This document shows positions 1 to 11,772 of a DNA stretch of 64,000 bases, piece after piece. Made by a program: the position numbers and the translations under genes. The notes beneath the pieces are model-generated. The model was not told the origin of the DNA and searched no databases. It saw only the letters and a program-made list of their open reading frames with translations. Origin of the DNA: Podarcis erhardii (Eukaryota). The stretch lies in the NCBI GenBank assembly GCA_964252035.1, contig OZ176207.1; one strand, given 5' to 3'. Positions within the stretch are counted from its first letter, which is position 1, and each line of letters opens with the position of its first letter.

Positions 1-1319
1 GGCTTGGGAGAGAGGTTCCGCAAATAGCAGGCACCAAAATCTCTTAAATGTGTGTGCTGCACAGGCAGCTAGATCCTGCCTCCCCCCCCCCCAGGAACTG
101 CTACAGCTTCTCTGTTTCCCTTTCTACCAGATCCCCTTTGTAGATCCAGAGTGGGCTCTCTCTGGTAGAAAACAGGTGGCCCTTCTGGGAGATCTGTCCA
201 GCCTTGCCAGGGCGCTCCCCATTTGGTCCCAGCAAAGCACTGGTCCTGCTCTTTGCCTCCTGACATGCAGCTCCTTTACCTCCATCCTCTCTAAGCTGCC
301 AAAGGAAGAGAGGCTTTGGCAGTGTTCTTTCCTTACACAACTTACTCCTCTTTGTCTGTGTCTGGACTTGCCCACAGAGCAAGCAGCTGCTAGATCACTT
401 CCTCCTGGCTGGTCTCGCTGGGTGAGAGGGAGCTAAAGAGACCTTTGGGTGCCTTGGCTCCTGTGGGAGTTAGCTCCATGGGCAGAGGCAATGCTGCTGG
501 CCCTATGAGCATGGGGAAAGTGGATTAACAGCTAAATAATGCTCCGTGTGGACAAGCCACTTGGAGGTGTCAGCTCAGCAAGGATAAATGTGATGATTAG
601 CTAGCCGTATTTACCCCCAGGCAAGATATCACATCTAAAACTTGCAAGCATGCTGCAATTCTGCACATTTCCTTGACAGTAAGTCCCACTGAGGTCAGCC
701 TCTGAGTAACCTGATCCAGAAAACACATTGTCTTCAGAAGTATTAGTTTTATGTGCATTTTGCAATTTTAACTACGTAATTAAATAAGCAATTGTCAGGG
801 ATTTCAACATTCAGATTACAGCCAGTTTGTGAAGTGATTGCCTAATTTTGTGGTGTTTTGGATCCAGTGTGGATGGGAATGTGCTGCATTGACAGAATGG
901 AATGCTTGTGGATTGTTGTTTGTCCCCATGGAGCCTCCAAAGTGGGGTTCTACAGGAGTCAATTGTATCCCCTGTGCCATTTAGCATCTACATGAAACCT
1001 CTGAGTAAGGTCCCTTTGCATTTTGGAGTGCAGTGCTAGCACTATGCTGATGATCTGCACCTCTGTTTCCCTCTTTGCAGCTGTAGGAGTTGTGATGGAT
1101 ATGCTAGACAAGTGTCTAGCACTGATAAATGGATTAGATGGGAGCCAACAACCTTGATTTAGATAAGACTGTGGTGCTGTTACTGGGTGCTTCACTAAAC
1201 TGGATGGCTGGGGTTCAGCCTGTTCTGCATGGGGTTAACACTCCTCCTGAAGGAGCAGGTACACAGTTTGGGGCTACTTCTGGATCTTTTAGTGTCACTT
1301 GAGGCACAAGTGATAACCT

Positions 1320-1720
1320 CTGGACAGTGATAACTTCTGTTATTCACACTCTGGTAACCTCTAAATTAGATTAATGTGTTACGCACAGCGCTGCCTTTGA
1401 AGATGGTTTGGAAACTGTAGCTAGTTCAGAAGCTGGCAGCCAGATTGCTGATTGGGATAAGGCAATCTGAGTATATAACACCAATTCTGGCCTGGCTGGA
1501 GGGGCAGCCAATTGGTTTCTGGGCTCAATTCAAAGTGCTGGTTTTTACTAACACAGCCATATGTGGCTCAGGACCCCAATACCTAAGAACCACCACTCCT
1601 CATGTGACCCCACATAAATATCAACAGAGGTCCTTCTTGGCGTGCCTTCTCTGAGGGAGGTGTGGAGGGTGGCGGCTCCCCGTTTGTGAAATGCACCTGG
1701 GAAATTCACCAGGTAGCACT
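1320..1720 (+). mobile_element. L2 LINE ORF2 C-terminal fragment
   Basis: LPLKMVWKL..LVQ..AARLL..EYITPIL...FWAQFKVLV...GPQYL-like L2 motifs. Confidence 0.8.
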
Positions 1721-1839
1721 GTTGTTTGCTTTTAGGCACCAGACTAAAACCTATTTGTTTACCCAGGGATGTGACTATTAATTGGGAGGGTAGTAAGTGA
1801 TGCTTTCATATTCATAGGTCAGAATGCTAAGGTATTGTA

Positions 1840-2085
1840 CAGTGGTACCTCTGGATGCGAACGGGTTCCGTTCCGGAGCCCCATTCGCATCCTGAAGCGA
1901 ACACAACCCGCGTCCGCGCGTCTTGCGATTCGCCACTTCTGCACAGGCGCATGACGTCATTTTGGGCGTCTGCACATGCGCGAGCAGCGAAATCCGGAAA
2001 TAACACACTCCATTACTTCTGGGTCACCGCAGAGCACAACCCGAAAAGGCTTAACCTGAAGCGACTTCAACCCGAGGTATGACTG
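1840..2085. mobile_element. Tc1/mariner (pogo/Tigger-like) MITE
   Basis: TIRs CAGTGGTACCTC versus CAGTCATACCTC (10/12), TA on both sides, and a CpG-rich interior suggesting a young insertion. Confidence 0.85.
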
Positions 2086-2871
2086 TATTTTATACAGAGT
2101 TTTAATGTCTTATCCAGTTAAGTTGCTCTGGGACACTCTTCTGTGTTAGAAAAGTGACAAATAAACAATAACAACAACAACAAAATTGTGAGACTTTTGT
2201 CTGAGATTCTCTTTATAAAGTTAAACGCTGGCTTGTCTGCCACTGCTCATCAGGCAATCTGCAATTTGTGGGGCAGCTTCCGACTTCCTGGTCCCTGGAA
2301 CTGTGCAGAAGACAGCTCAAAAGCAATCCTTTAATTCGCAAAGCAAGGAAATTGGATCTGGATTTGCTGAGAGACAGTGGTGAACATATGGACCCCCTAA
2401 AGCTATTTTTACCAAGACACATTTCAGAGCTGAACTGAACTTCCGCATTCTAACCCTCTCTGTTTTAAAATGTAAATGCTTTATTTCCAAAGATGCGTGT
2501 CAGTGTCCTAAACCAGCCTGAGCAACTGTTAACCAGGACTGTTTAAGATGTGTAGGCAGCTATGCGAACAATATTTGGGAACCCGCCTCCAGCTATTTTT
2601 ATGTTGAGCTTTTTTTTTAAAAAAAAAAACTGTATACAAACATTAATTGACTAAGAGATTAGAGTTCTTCTAAGAACAAAGAAGCCCTTTAATCTACAAA
2701 GAGTTGCAAACCAGCCAGCTGCCCATTTGCCATGGAATTCTGTATGGTGATAAATAGCGGCACAGCTATTCAGGAAGCACGCAAACCTTGGCTCTCTTGC
2801 CATAACCCCGAAGCTGTTTTAGTACAAGCTTTCTGTATAAACTTTTACAGGCATGTACATTAAATATCCTC

Positions 2872-2900
<29 letters not shown>
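2872..2900. repeat. (CA)n microsatellite
   Basis: Direct reading. Confidence 0.95.
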
Positions 2901-2903
<3 letters not shown>

Positions 2904-2964
2904 CCGCTCACTCCCAGCACAGCTGAAAGTAATAACATTAGTGAACATGTTAGCTGCAACTGAC

Positions 2965-3053
2965 CATTTGCTGATGCAAGAATCATGGCTTGAAGCATTT
3001 CTGTATCAAACTGGTTGTTTGGCCAAGTCCCATTCTCATCCCCATTCTGAGAC
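2965..3053 (-). CDS. PCDHG: Protocadherin gamma constant exon 2 (89 bp)
   Basis: Encodes [29 protein letters not shown]. Acceptor TCCTTAG| and donor AATG|GTCAGT; its phase-2 start fits constant exon 1. Confidence 0.97.
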
Positions 3054-3377
3054 CTAAGGAGAAAACAAAGCAAATGAAACATTAAAACGAGGTAGAGTAG
3101 ACACAGTGTTAACAATCTAAGGGATTGCTTCCTCCACAAAGCACACACAGCACAGTCTATTCTTAGTATTGTTTTTTTGGGGGGGTGGGGTGGGGGAAAA
3201 AGCACAAGGTACAAGGAAGGTATCCTTTTTTGAGGGACTAATTTCTTCATGGGTGTACTTTTAACTTGGAACCTACTGCAAAGCAAACCTACTGTCCCTT
3301 TAAAAGTTGTGCAAGAATGCTTGTTATGCAAGGAAAAGAAAAAAACTTTTCCTACAGACATTCTCTCTGGTACACAA

Positions 3378-3455
3378 CAGTGTCTTATGGCACATTAAAA
3401 CAGATTTATTGTGACATTAGCTTTTGTGGACTAGAGCCTACTTTGGCAGATGCAT
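3378..3455. mobile_element. Old Penelope-like pseudo-LTR fragment
   Basis: GTCTTATGGCACATTAAAACAGATTTATTGTGACATTAGCTTTTGTGGACTAGAGCCTACTTTGGCAGATGCATG. Related fragments at ~13268-13350 and ~50941-50975. Confidence 0.55.
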
Positions 3456-3699
3456 GAAGTTTTCTCCTCAGTATTTCATGAAACTCATGATTCACAAAGC
3501 ACATGCCGCAATAATGACAAAAACATCTGTTATTTTTGCTGCTCACAGGTCTACCCCTCTGGAATTTACTGTTATTGGAGCCCCAATCCCCAATAACTGG
3601 GCATGTTGTTTAGCGTACTTAGGATACTGACAATAACTTGCTGAACACAGTTAAGAAGCTCAACACATAAGTTACACATTATGTTGTCATACCCTCCAA

Positions 3700-4030
3700 A
3701 ATTTCTCCGATGAGAACAGGGACGATCCATTCCATAATGATAATTTTACTATTTATACCCCACACATCTTACAGGGTTGCCTCAGGCACTCCAGGCAGCT
3801 TCCAACATATATAAAAACATAATAAAACATGACACATTCAAAAAACTTCCCTATACAGGATTGCCTTCAGATGGCTCAGGGGTCAGATAACTCCACAACC
3901 TCCAACATTTCTCCAATGAAAATAGGGACATTCTAAGGAAAAGTGGGACATTCTGGGATCAAATGAGAAACCTGGATGGCGTCTCTAAATCAGGGACATC
4001 CCTGGAAAATAGGGACACTTGGAGAATCTG
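3700..4030. repeat. Dispersed lizard repeat (AAAATAGGGACA family)
   Basis: Repeated GAAAATAGGGACA/GGGACATTC motifs plus an L2-like tail. Related copies at ~37060-37135 and 48150-48316. Confidence 0.6.
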
Positions 4031-4925
4031 TAATGCATTTGTGCCTGAGTATGTGCCTCTGTATCCTGACAATAAGTAATGGTAGATTCTTACTCCTCTC
4101 TTCTGAAACTGTGAGCCAGGAGTTTCATGTCAGGGTGCAAGGATCCAGGTGGATTAGGAGACCCACTGTTTCTCTCTCATTCTTGAAAAGCCGTGTTTCA
4201 TATATATTTCATTTTTTAACAATAAGTAGCACAATGCCATGGGAAAATAAAACTCCCCCCTTCTATCAAGTCACATCCATGAAGGGGTGCAATCAAAGGC
4301 TTTTGGACCCACAAAGCTCTATTTGCTGCTTACATTAAAACAAAAGGCGGTATGGGAGACGGGGAAATTGGCAGCACTTTCTACCAAATCAAGATGCCAA
4401 AACAGATCCCTTCAGCTGTAGAACCACTTTAGACTGCCTGTAAAACTGTTACTTGAGCTGTTGACTCAGCTAATTCTAATATCCTGGTGTCTACTTCTTG
4501 CATTGATTTATAGTCTGACCTTATTTGTATACTTACAAGCAGGTCCCACTGATTCAAAGTAATCAGAACTTACTTCCAAATAAGTGCAGCTGTAGGGACA
4601 ACCATGCAACTCCATCACTGCTTGTCCTTCAATGCTTTCCCAATGTCCGCAATATACTCTAAAATACTTTTAAAAAAGTAATCACTGGGCACTTACTAAG
4701 AGTACAATCCACCATGGTGACTGAGGCCAGTTCATTTCCCAAACCCAGATTGGAATGGGTCCAGATAATCTGCTTCTTCCAATAGTACCTGGAGTTGAGC
4801 TGTCATCAGCTTCTCTAGAACCTTCACCTAAAACAGGGTGTTTGTGACAATGCAGTATTGTCATAAAACTCTGGGTCCAGGGTAGGATCCTTCAAGAATG
4901 GGCACACTACTGCCCTTTAGATATT

Positions 4926-5240
4926 TCATAGAATCATAGAGTTGGAAGGGACCCAAGGGGCATTGAGTCCAACTCCCTACAATGCAGCAGGAATCTCAGC
5001 TAAAACATCCATGACAAGATTGCTGTCCAAACTCTACTTAAAAACCTCCAAGGAAGGAGAGTCCACAACCTCCCGAGGGAGATTTGACAATGGCTAACCT
5101 ATCTTCTCTCAGTCTCCTCTTCTCTAGGCTAAACATACCCAACTCTCTCAACCATTCCTCATAAGGCTTGGTTTCCAGACCCTTAACCATCTTGGCTGCC
5201 CTCCTCTATACACGTTCCAGCTTGTCAATATCATCTTAAT
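4926..5240 (-). mobile_element. Older CR1 LINE 3' fragment with an internal deletion
   Basis: CATAGAATCATAGAGTTGGAAGGGACCC tail plus CTCTTCTCTAGGCTAAACATACCC...CGTTCCAGCTTGTC (ORF2). Confidence 0.85.
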
Positions 5241-6559
5241 GAGCTCACACAGGAGATAACTATTGCTATGAGGCCAAAGCCTCACCAAAAGGTAGTCTGG
5301 CCATGACAACTGTACACCAGCAGTATCCCCCATCTATTTCTTTGGCTCAACACCAGGAATAGTGTTGGGGTTTTTTTTATGAGAATAATGCAGTGTCTAT
5401 GTTTAGAACTCCAAATATGCTGTTGGCTGAAATGATATTTTCAGTTATTCCCAAAGGAACATTTATTAAGAAAATAATCATTATTGTTCTAAAAAAGAGA
5501 AAACTTAACTGAGATAGTTTCTAATTAAAAACAAGGAAATAAAACTTGCCATCTTAAGTTTGTTTAGAAGATAGTAGAAAAGTCTGAACATAAAACAAAC
5601 TGCCAGCTACCAGAGTAATTGCTTGTCTTTATTAGGGTGTAATCCTATGCCCAGTTACCCGGGAGAAAGCCCTGTTGACCTCAATGGGACTTACTGCCAT
5701 ACATTTTTACTCTGCCTTTCAGCCAGCCAAGTGCCTAGGGAGGCTTAAATGAAACTAATAGAAATAGTGCAATCAATAAAAGTAGAGGATCTAATAAACA
5801 AGTGGGAAAGCAGAATAAAAATATAAGGCTGCTTTGTATGAGTGTGTATACTGCCTTGTGCTCTTCAGAATCATCCCATGTTCAAAAAGGGTGGAACAGC
5901 AAATCAGTTACTGTGCCAAGAATTGCAGGATATGACAAAGAAGCTTAGCACATAGGCAGCACTCTTGACTATGTTTCCCGCATAGGCAAATGTCCCCCCG
6001 TTGGGGTGCTCAAACCAAAAACGCCGTGTCTCCTCACACAGTGGGGGCAACCCAGAAAAGGAAGAAGCTGTCAGGCTAGTTAGCAGACAGAATTAGAACA
6101 AACTAGAAAATATTATATGTTAGGTTATGCAGTTATGCTATATATAATGTAAAGTACAACCCTGCCTTCCTCTGTCACTGTGTTATTTTCACATCCTTGG
6201 TGTGAAAGACAGAGGGGGGCGAGAACAGGAATGCAAAGTACTGGTATGAATTAATCCGCTCTTCGGCTTAAATAAAACCAAGAAATGCTTCCTGATTTGG
6301 CAGAGCTCTAGCCATTACAGCTCAGCATCTTCGGAAGGCTAGGAGGCCCTCCTGTATCTAGCACACAGGCAGTTTCTATGGCAACCTGCTGTGTATGCGT
6401 GCTACATCAATTGCATCACAAACACTTCTTCCATTAAACCACTGTATGTCTGTGCTGCATTTAACTGGCATTTTCTATGGAATGTGTTAGTTCCGCTGGA
6501 TTTTCTTTTGCGAGAGAAGAGGAGAGGCCATGGCGGAGGATGTGCTGTCGTGTTGAAGG

Positions 6560-6700
6560 TCCCTGGCTCAAGGTTTTCATTAAAAGGATGTTGGCCAGAA
6601 GGACAGAAAACCTTTGCCTGAGAACCTTGGGGAGCCACTGCCAGTTAGGGTGAGCTCAGTGGACCAATGGCCTCCTCACACAGGGCAAGGCAGGGATCGG
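6560..6700 (+). mobile_element. Old squamate SINE fragment
   Basis: GAAGGTCCCTGG..CCTGAGAACCTTGGGGAGCCACTGCCAGT...TGGACCAATGG resembles the common squamate tRNA/L2-related SINE. Confidence 0.5.
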
Positions 6701-7212
6701 AAAAGGAAGCGAGGCTTTCTAGAGGTCCTTCATTGTCTATGTTTGCCTGTATAAGGAGGGGGAACACCTTTCGGAACAGAAAGGCAATGGAGTGGCAGTG
6801 GATGCTAGGGAGGGAAGAGAGCAATTTCAAACACTGAGCAGATCTTGCACTGCAAGTACCTCTGGAGATGCCACCTACAAACTCCTGGGTTACTGACTGT
6901 GAAGAAAAGACTCTGACCCCAAGGAGCTTGCATACGGACACACAGCACAGCTACATTGGTCAGTTGAAAAATGGGCAATTCTAGTGCAAGGTTGGCTGTT
7001 AAAGGCAAGTAAGATAAGGTAGCAGCCCTACTCCTGGAGTACTTCATTGGTAACTCCAGGGAATTCTGGTATGGCACAAATGATTCCAAGCACCTGCCTG
7101 CTAATTATGTCTCTCAGTATCCACTGAGTTTCTCTTGCCCCGGGGAAAAAAATCTCTGAACTGCACTGTGAGCAACAGACACCATTTGCAATCAGATTTC
7201 AAGAAATATCAT

Positions 7213-7378
7213 CCAGTAGCACCTTAAAGACCAACTAAGTCAGTTCTTGGTATGAGCTTTCGTGTGCATGCACACGAAAGCTCATACCAAGAACTGACTT
7301 AGTTGGTCTTTAAGGTGCTACTGGAAGGAATTTGTTTTGTTTTGACTATGGCAGACCAACACGGCTACCTATCTGTAA
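7213..7378. mobile_element. Penelope-like element terminal-repeat insertion containing a perfect palindrome
   Basis: GTAGCACCTTAAAGACCAACTAAG...GAGCTTTCGTGTGCATGCACACGAAAGCTC is the reptile PLE pseudo-LTR. A 13-bp direct repeat CAAGAAATATCAT flanks it (7200-7212 and 7379-7391). Confidence 0.85.
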
Positions 7379-8408
7379 CAAGAAATATCATGTTAGACTG
7401 ATTTATTAAAATGCAGTTGTGTGAAGGGGGGAAATGTGTGTATGTGTGGGGGCGGGGAGGAATGGACTGCTACTTTAAAAACAGCAATACTGTTTCTGTA
7501 CCTTCAAAAATAGTATTGGGTGGAGCTTTCCCCATAATTTTCTCTACCTGCCAAGAGAAGCTCCACCTGCTATTAAAGGTGGAGAAGCAGTGCCGGTGAG
7601 AAAGGTGGCAACCCTACAGGTTGTAAGGATACAATTGGTCACCTTTGCCCAGAGAAACTAATGCACAGCTGCTGTTAAGCTTCTAGTAAAATCCCTCATT
7701 AGCACTGTCCCAATGATAAGAAGCTGCTTTAAATATAGACAGTAGATTGCAGGCGATTACAGACAATTAGGATCGCCACATTTCCCCCCCAGCAGTGCTC
7801 CTCTGCCTCATCACAGTTATTGGAGGTGTTCATTATCACTCCATGCAAGGGGGAAAAAACTTCACTTGCAGAATTTCTGCTTTCATACACTTAAAAGGCA
7901 CAGGTGATTCACTAGAAAAAATACGGACAATCACACAGATTACTACACAGTTTTCAAATCTGCAGGAGATCACTTATTTGGGAGAACAGGACTGCAGACA
8001 ATTGTGTAAGAGTGCTAAAAACTGCAGATTTATTTCCATTTAAAGGGAGCATAAGACTGGAGAAAGAGGTATTAGGTCCTAGTTACTACTTAAGGAAATG
8101 CTTAGAAAATGCAGTGGAAGTAGTCAACTCGAGAACAAGGTGCCATGGATCAGTATTACTAGACACCCACAGAGACCGAAGCCCCAACAGAAGAGGGTCC
8201 ACCGCTAAATCCTATTCATTGGCTTAAAACATTTCTATACTGCTCTTCAGTTAAGAGTTTCCAAGGAAGTATTACAACAGCATCAATAAAAGGGTTGAGA
8301 GAGCACAACAAACAATCCAAGCGGATATATAAAAATGCACCAGAAATTAAAAACCTGGGGAAATAAAAAGGTATTTGTCTGGTGCCTAGCAGATATTAAC
8401 ACAGGCAC

Positions 8409-8468
<60 letters not shown>

Positions 8469-8790
8469 TTATTATTTATACGCCGCCGATCTGGCTGGGC
8501 CTCCCCAGCCACTCTGGGCGGCTTCCATAGAAACCAAAAATACACTAAAATATCACACGTTAAAAACTTCCCTGAACAGGGCTGCCTTAAGATGTCTTCT
8601 GAATGTCAGGTAGTTGTTTATCGCTTTGACATCTGCTGGAAGAGCGTTCTACAGGGCGGGCGCCACTACCGAGAAGGCCCTCTGCCTGGTTCCCTGTAGC
8701 TTTGCTTCTCGCAATGAGGGAACTGCCAGAAGGCCCTCGGCGCTGGACCTCAGCGTCCCGGCAGAATGATGGGGGTGGAGACGCTCCTAG
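8409..8790 (-). mobile_element. L2-type LINE 3' end with (AAT)n tail
   Basis: (AAT)n run at 8409-8468, followed by the lizard L2-type tail and the reverse complement of the ORF2 C-terminus. Confidence 0.8.
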
Positions 8791-8930
8791 GCAAGCCTCC
8801 CTAGGAGAGAGCCCCACAAGGGGTGCTACAAGTGAGAAGGCCCTGTCTGGCTGTTGCTATTCGGTCCTCTGCCACTCTAGGAAACACACAAGCACACACA
8901 ACCCCAGGAAGCATCCAGTGATGTGAAGGA

Positions 8931-9005
8931 ATCATAGAATCGTAGACTTGTAGAGTTGGAAGAGACCCTGAGGGTCATCTAGTCCAACCTGCTGCAATGC
9001 AGGAT
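8931..9005 (-). mobile_element. CR1 LINE 3' tail
   Basis: AATCATAGAATC...GAGTTGGAAGAGACCC...TCTAGTCCAACC. Confidence 0.7.
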
Positions 9006-10121
9006 TATGCAGCTGCCCCTATGAAGACTGAAATGGCAACCCTGGCATTATCAGCACCATGATTTAACCACCACCACAAATCAACAGGAGCTGAACCACA
9101 CCTGCCACTCCAGGCGTGTGAGCAGGGGCAAGAGCAAGGAGGAGGAGAAGTCACAGAAACAGCAGCCACCCCCACCTCTCTCTTTCAGCAGTAGTGTGGG
9201 GCTGGACCCAAAGGAGGAGAGCAAGCAAATGGGCAGCACAGATGCCACCAAAGAGGATGTGGGCCCATCTTGTCCAATCTCCACTGCCTCTCCCAACCAA
9301 AAAGTCAACAGACAAACCCCTGAGTATCTTGAGCCTCCCCCTCCCCATTTTTATCTACAAGCTTTGCTGAACTGGGGGCAGAAACAGTAGACCAAGACGA
9401 AATGAAATTAAACCACTGAGAATATACATTGATCGTGCCAAATACTGATCTAAAATTTGGAAATGGCCATATGTGCAACTGCTCAGGGAGGGAAATGCTC
9501 CTGTGCCATTAACAGGGGTCTGACTGGAAGAAATCAGAAGTGAAGCTTTTCATGCCATGGAGCAAATCACCTGCTCAAATGGTTAAGGAAGAGCTAAAGG
9601 GACTGGCTGAAAAGTTGGCTGCTCTGCTGCAGTAGCAGCAGCAAGTCTGGACAACCAGGAAGCTCAAACTGAGCTTTTCCTTGAGGGCTGAAGAATGCTG
9701 CCTTCTATGATGATGTTGCTTCTAATCTAGGAACAAAAAGCCCTTTATCAAACACTCAGTGACCTATTTTACTACAGTACAGTATATTTACTGCATTCTG
9801 GATTGGAGTTGCCAACATTTTCTGGCAGATTTTCTGAGCCTTTAACAGGTGTGTAAGAAGATTTCTGCAAGTGAAGCCTTTCCCTCTCATTAGGCATCTG
9901 TGCAATTGGGAAAAGTTTCAACTACTGGCACTTTCCCCAATTATGCAGATGTGGTGATGAGAGCAAAAGGTTTCACATAATGTATTCCTGCTTGTATAGC
10001 TGCAGTTCAGTTTGCAGAAGCCTGCTGGGACAAGAATCTCAGATCTATTCAGATGCAGGCATTATGTGCCTCCTTTTTTTACCCTAAGCTACCTCTTTAA
10101 TATATTCCATCTTTTGTAGGA

Positions 10122-10123
<2 letters not shown>

Positions 10124-10164
<41 letters not shown>
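10124..10164. repeat. (ATT)n microsatellite
   Basis: Direct reading. Confidence 0.95.
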
Positions 10165-10166
<2 letters not shown>

Positions 10167-10588
10167 AAACAGCCAGGTGATTTATCCAATTTGCAGTATT
10201 TTTATGAGTTGGGTGGGCAGGGGCTGCAACACAACTCTGGTGGACACCAGCTTTCTTGTGTCAATTCCCTAAGCAAAATAAGAATATATCAGAATGTATA
10301 TCCAGTAGATCCACTTTGTCTGTTCTCTTGCTCTGGAAGTTCTAAAAAACTCTGCTCAAGGACAGGTGTGTCTCCATTGTTGGTTTCGCAATCAAAGGAC
10401 TGTCAAGTTCAATTGGCCAATAGATGCTTGAACATCTGTTACTAAATGCAGAGTTTTCTGAATGACAAAAGTAGGCATATTGCCATAATTATTATTTTTA
10501 ATGGCCCAAGTTACTTCTTTCAGTGTAATTGGGTACAAGGTACTAGGGTGGCCACAACTGGTAAAGCTCACCCCATCATGAATATTTC

Positions 10589-10746
10589 ATAGAATCATAG
10601 AATCATAGAATCATAGAGTTGGAAGAGACCACAAGGGCCATCGAGTCCAACCCCCTGCCAAGCAGGAAACACCATCAGAGCACTCCTGACATATGGTTGT
10701 CAAGCCTCTGCTTAAAGACCTCCAAAGAAGGAGACTCCACCACACC
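10589..10746 (-). mobile_element. Young, severely 5'-truncated CR1 LINE
   Basis: (CATAGAAT)n tail plus a 3' UTR nearly identical to 44061-44200. ATATTTC occurs on both sides (10582-10588 and 10749-10755), a candidate TSD. Confidence 0.92.
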
Positions 10747-11772
10747 AGATATTTCTCCATGTCAGGCTGATGTTAAAGGTACAAAGAGTAGGGGCAGAGA
10801 TACGAAACATCTGTACCAGTGCTCCACCTGTATTGTTTTGATGTAATCCTTACAACACGTCTGTAAGTGTTAGCCTCCAGATTGCAGTGGCAGGTGGGTA
10901 GGAAGGCAGAGGATGAGAGCGAGGCTGGCTTGCCTGGGGCTACCTTATTATGACTTCATGGCGGAGGTGACATTTGAACCAGGGTCTTCCTGAGTCAGCA
11001 CTCTATCTCTTTGCCATGGCTCTACATCAGCTTTCTTTTAAAAGCTTCTGATTACCCTAGTAAAAGACACTGGAGCAGAACCCTTTTTAAAAAGTACGCA
11101 ACCCTGCTACTGGCAACTTGAAAAATAAGTGCCTGGTTCTAGAGTTAAGACATTTGTGGCTCAGGGTCCATCTGCACTTCCCTTTGTCTCATGATTTCAA
11201 GTGTCAGAGAGGTTTTTTTTGGTCCTGCTGTTTTCCCCAGGAAAACCCGTTGCTTACTGCTTAATCAGAACAAACATCAATCTGCAGAAAACCCAAACAT
11301 TTTTTTTGGGGGGGGGGGAGCAAAGTGCCTCAGCCCTTAGGACCCGGCGCCTACGGATGGAGGTGTACAGGGGCACTCCAAAGAGAATGGGATGAGAGCA
11401 GTGCAACTTTGCTCCCACTTCTCAGTATTTCTGCAGCTTTCAATACCATTGACTATGGCAGAGGTTTTCAACCTTTTGGAGTCCACGGCTCCCTTGACCA
11501 ACCACATTCTTTCTGCAGGTCCCCTGTGGGGCTCAGATGCCCAGTTGTGTCACCCCTTGCCTGCAGAGTTGGCAGCCTCCCCTCAACCTGTTCTCCTCTC
11601 CCCTCCCCTCTCCTTGGGAGTCCTCTGGGCAGCCACTGCTGCCACTCTTGGTCCCCCTGCCCCAAAGAGAGGTGTCTCCCAGAGGCACCATTCACCTGCA
11701 GGGCTTATAGCCCAGGCTGCTGCAACAAACAGCTGTGCAAATCTTTGGGAGGCTGAGACTTGAGAAGGCATC

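Noticed and set aside
1-2964. Constant exon 3
   Set aside because: No EAADG..ARYGPQF coding sequence was found below 2965, so it must lie outside the window.
2819-3361. 180-aa ORF
   Set aside because: Only the 89-bp constant exon 2 within it is real; the rest is intron and (CA)n.
8335-8613. Poly-Ile ORF
   Set aside because: It is the translation of an (AAT)n microsatellite.
9051-9070. TCAGCACCATG as a REST site
   Set aside because: The right half-site (GGACAG) is absent.
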